Source: Mycoplasmatota bacterium (lineage in GTDB: Bacteria > Bacillota_I > Bacilli_A > RF39 > UBA660). From it: a stretch of DNA of 48,380 nt. Below, one piece after another: positions 45,967 to 48,380 of this stretch (positions are counted from its first letter, which is position 1; each line of letters starts with the position of its first letter). The notes beneath the pieces are model-generated. The model saw only the letters and a list, made by a program, of their open reading frames with translations, was not told the DNA's origin and searched no databases. The DNA is taken from the NCBI GenBank assembly GCA_022763805.1, contig JALERC010000085.1:1-48380 (forward strand). Direction: 5' to 3'. The translations under genes were made by a program, and so were the position numbers.

Positions 45967-48380
45967 ATGGCACTAAAAAGTATTTTCAAAAAGACTAGAC
46001 AACCTAAAAAATATGTTTATTCTTTTAATGAAGGTAACAAAGATATGCGTGATATTCTTGGTGGAAAAGGGGCTAATTTAGCTGAAATGGTAAATATTGG
46101 ACTTCCTGTACCACAAGGATTTACTGTTACAACAGAAGCTTGTAATAAGTATTATGAAGATGATTTAAAAATTAGTGAAAAAATTAAAAAAGAAATATTT
46201 GAACATATAGAGATTCTTGAAGAACAAACAGGTAAAAAATTTGGAGATCTTAATAATCCACTACTTGTTAGTGTAAGAAGTGGAGCTCGTGCTAGTATGC
46301 CTGGAATGATGGATACAGTACTAAATTTAGGACTTAATGATGAAGTTGCTAAAGAGTTTTCTAAAAAAAATAAAAACATTAGATTTACATACGATTCTTA
46401 TAGAAGATTTATTATGATGTTTGCAGATGTTGTAAAAGGATATGATAAACAAAGTTTTGATAAGGTTCTTGAAGATTTTAAAGAAGAGAAAAATGTTAAA
46501 TTTGATACTGATTTAGATGGCGAAGATATGATTAAAATTACAGAAAAATTTAAAAATATCTATAAAGAGTTATCTGGTGAAGAATTTCCTCAAGATCCAA
46601 GAGTTCAATTAATTGAAGCTGTTAAAGCAGTATTCCGTTCATGGATGAATGAAAGAGCTATCGTATATAGACAAATGAATGATATTCCAACATCATGGGG
46701 AACAGCTGTAAACGTTCAAGAAATGGTATATGGTAATTTAGGAGAAACATCAGGTACAGGGGTTGCATTTACAAGAAATCCAAGTACTGGTGAAAATAAA
46801 TTATACGGTGAATATTTAATTAATGCTCAAGGTGAAGATGTTGTTGCCGGAATTAGAACTCCACAACATATCGATACATTAAAAGAAATTATGCCAAAAT
46901 GTTATAATGAATTTTTAAGAACTTCTAAGTTACTAGAAAAACATTATAAAGATATGCAAGATATGGAATTTACAATTGAAAATGGTAAGTTATTTATGCT
47001 TCAAACTAGAAATGGAAAAAGAACTGCAACAGCAGCAATTAAAATAGCATTAGACTTACTTGATGAAGGATTGATTACTCGTGAAGAAGCTGTAATGAGA
47101 GTTGAACCTAATCAACTAAATCAATTATTACATCCTATGTTTGATGCTAAATCATTAAAAGAAAGTAAAAAAATTGCAACAGGTCTTGCTGCAAGTCCAG
47201 GTGCAGGATGTGGACATATTTATTTTAATGCAGAAGATGTTCATAAAGCTAAGGAAAATGGTATTAAAACTATTCTCGTAAGAGTAGAAACATCTCCTGA
47301 AGATATTAAAGGAATGAATGATTCTGAAGGAATACTTACAATGCGTGGGGGAATGACTTCACATGCTGCAGTTGTTGCTAGAGGAATGGGTAAATGTTGT
47401 GTATGTGGATGTTCTGAATTAGTTATTGATGAAATTAATAAAACAATTACAGATAAATTAGGTAATGTATATCATGAAGGAGATATTATTTCTCTAGATG
47501 GTTCTACTGGAAATGTATATGGTAACGAAATAAAATGTGTTAATCCAGGATTAACAGGTGATAATGAAAGATTTATGGATATAGTAGATTCTATAAGAAC
47601 ACTTGAAGTAAGAGCTAATGCAGATATTCCTAGAGATGCTTTAGTTGCTAAAAATTTTAAAGCACAAGGAATTGGTTTATGTAGAACAGAGCATATGTTC
47701 TTTGAACAAGATAGAATTAAAGCTGTACGTGAAATGATATTAGCAGAAAATGTAGAGCAAAGAGAAAAAGCATTAGAAAAAATATTACCAATGCAAATAA
47801 AAGATTTTGAAGGTCTATTTAGAACAATGGATAATTTACCTGTTATAATTCGTTATTTAGACCCACCATTACATGAATTTTTACCTAAAACTGAAGAAGA
47901 AATAAAAGAATTAGCTAATGATTTAAATACAACTATTAAGAATGTAAAAAATCATATTCAAGAACTAAAAGAATTTAATCCAATGATGGGACATCGTGGA
48001 TGTCGTCTTGCAATAACATACCCAGAAATTGCAAAAATGCAAACAAAAGCAGTTATTACTGCAGCTCTAAATGTAAAAGCTGAAGGATTAACTGTTAAAC
48101 CTGAAATTATGATTCCTTTAACTACAGGAATTGAAGAATTTGACTTTTGTAAAAAAATAGTTGACGAAGTAGCTAAGCAAGTAATGGATGAAAAACATGA
48201 TGTAATTGAATACAAAGTAGGTACAATGATTGAAACTCCTAGAGCTGCATTAAAAGCAAATGAAATAGCAAAAGAAGCAGAATTCTTTAGTTTTGGTACT
48301 AATGACTTAACACAATTAACATATGGTTTTTCTAGAGATGATGCATCTAAATTTTTAAATGAATATTATAAAATTGGTTT
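45967..48380 (+). CDS. ppdK: Pyruvate, phosphate dikinase (3'-truncated by window; absent from ORF track)
   Basis: ATG 45967 after AGGAG; LGGKGANLAEM, LLVSVRSGARASMPGMMDT, GGMTSHAAVVARG, GLCRTEHMFF, NPMMGHRGCR and FSFGTNDLTQ. Confidence 0.98.
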   Translation, partial: MALKSIFKKTRQPKKYVYSFNEGNKDMRDILGGKGANLAEMVNIGLPVPQGFTVTTEACNKYYEDDLKISEKIKKEIFEHIEILEEQTGKKFGDLNNPLLVSVRSGARASMPGMMDTVLNLGLNDEVAKEFSKKNKNIRFTYDSYRRFIMMFADVVKGYDKQSFDKVLEDFKEEKNVKFDTDLDGEDMIKITEKFKNIYKELSGEEFPQDPRVQLIEAVKAVFRSWMNERAIVYRQMNDIPTSWGTAVNVQEMVYGNLGETSGTGVAFTRNPSTGENKLYGEYLINAQGEDVVAGIRTPQHIDTLKEIMPKCYNEFLRTSKLLEKHYKDMQDMEFTIENGKLFMLQTRNGKRTATAAIKIALDLLDEGLITREEAVMRVEPNQLNQLLHPMFDAKSLKESKKIATGLAASPGAGCGHIYFNAEDVHKAKENGIKTILVRVETSPEDIKGMNDSEGILTMRGGMTSHAAVVARGMGKCCVCGCSELVIDEINKTITDKLGNVYHEGDIISLDGSTGNVYGNEIKCVNPGLTGDNERFMDIVDSIRTLEVRANADIPRDALVAKNFKAQGIGLCRTEHMFFEQDRIKAVREMILAENVEQREKALEKILPMQIKDFEGLFRTMDNLPVIIRYLDPPLHEFLPKTEEEIKELANDLNTTIKNVKNHIQELKEFNPMMGHRGCRLAITYPEIAKMQTKAVITAALNVKAEGLTVKPEIMIPLTTGIEEFDFCKKIVDEVAKQVMDEKHDVIEYKVGTMIETPRAALKANEIAKEAEFFSFGTNDLTQLTYGFSRDDASKFLNEYYKIG

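Noticed and set aside
1-48380. tRNA, rRNA, CRISPR array or prophage
   Set aside because: No cloverleaf, rRNA-like sequence, regularly spaced repeats or phage structural genes were seen by eye.

Overview
Very AT-rich chromosomal segment from a low-GC Firmicute (Bacilli). Standard genetic code, with TGA used as a stop. Compact intergenics, Bacillus-like gene order and retained spore-coat genes suggest an uncultured gut RF39-like lineage, which is inference only. The backbone is housekeeping: rplL(3' part)-rsmC-rpoB-rpoC, rnhC, cvpA, rsmE, mtaB, recD2, rpsU-yqeY, rpsB-tsf, ylbD-ylbE-rsmD, lspA-rluD, a rhomboid protease, a Xer recombinase, tdk and ppdK(5' part). The accessory zone (17.0-31.5 kb) holds four modules. 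(1) A C39-peptidase ABC exporter with a miniature accessory protein, two double-glycine peptides missing from the ORF track, and a third, leaderless small ORF whose C-terminus copies the GxxxG-S/T-x-I/L-R-x7-C motif of peptide 2 (candidate mimic or immunity protein). (2) A 3.7-kb integrase-free cassette bounded by 102-bp direct repeats of that small gene's 3' end, carrying a frameshifted secreted protein, three permeases and an ATPase. (3) An operon of an FHA-FHA-ABC exporter, a Ser/Thr kinase with 13 extracellular Cys-pair repeats, and a lipoprotein alpha/beta-hydrolase. (4) A second, decayed cassette of the same family after yqeY. Other oddities are a 46-bp IS3-end-like palindrome with a 4-bp target duplication, ribosomal protein S2 fused to a Rho-N-like domain, and an RpoB His526->Asn-equivalent residue. 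All calls come from reading motifs by eye; no database searches were run.
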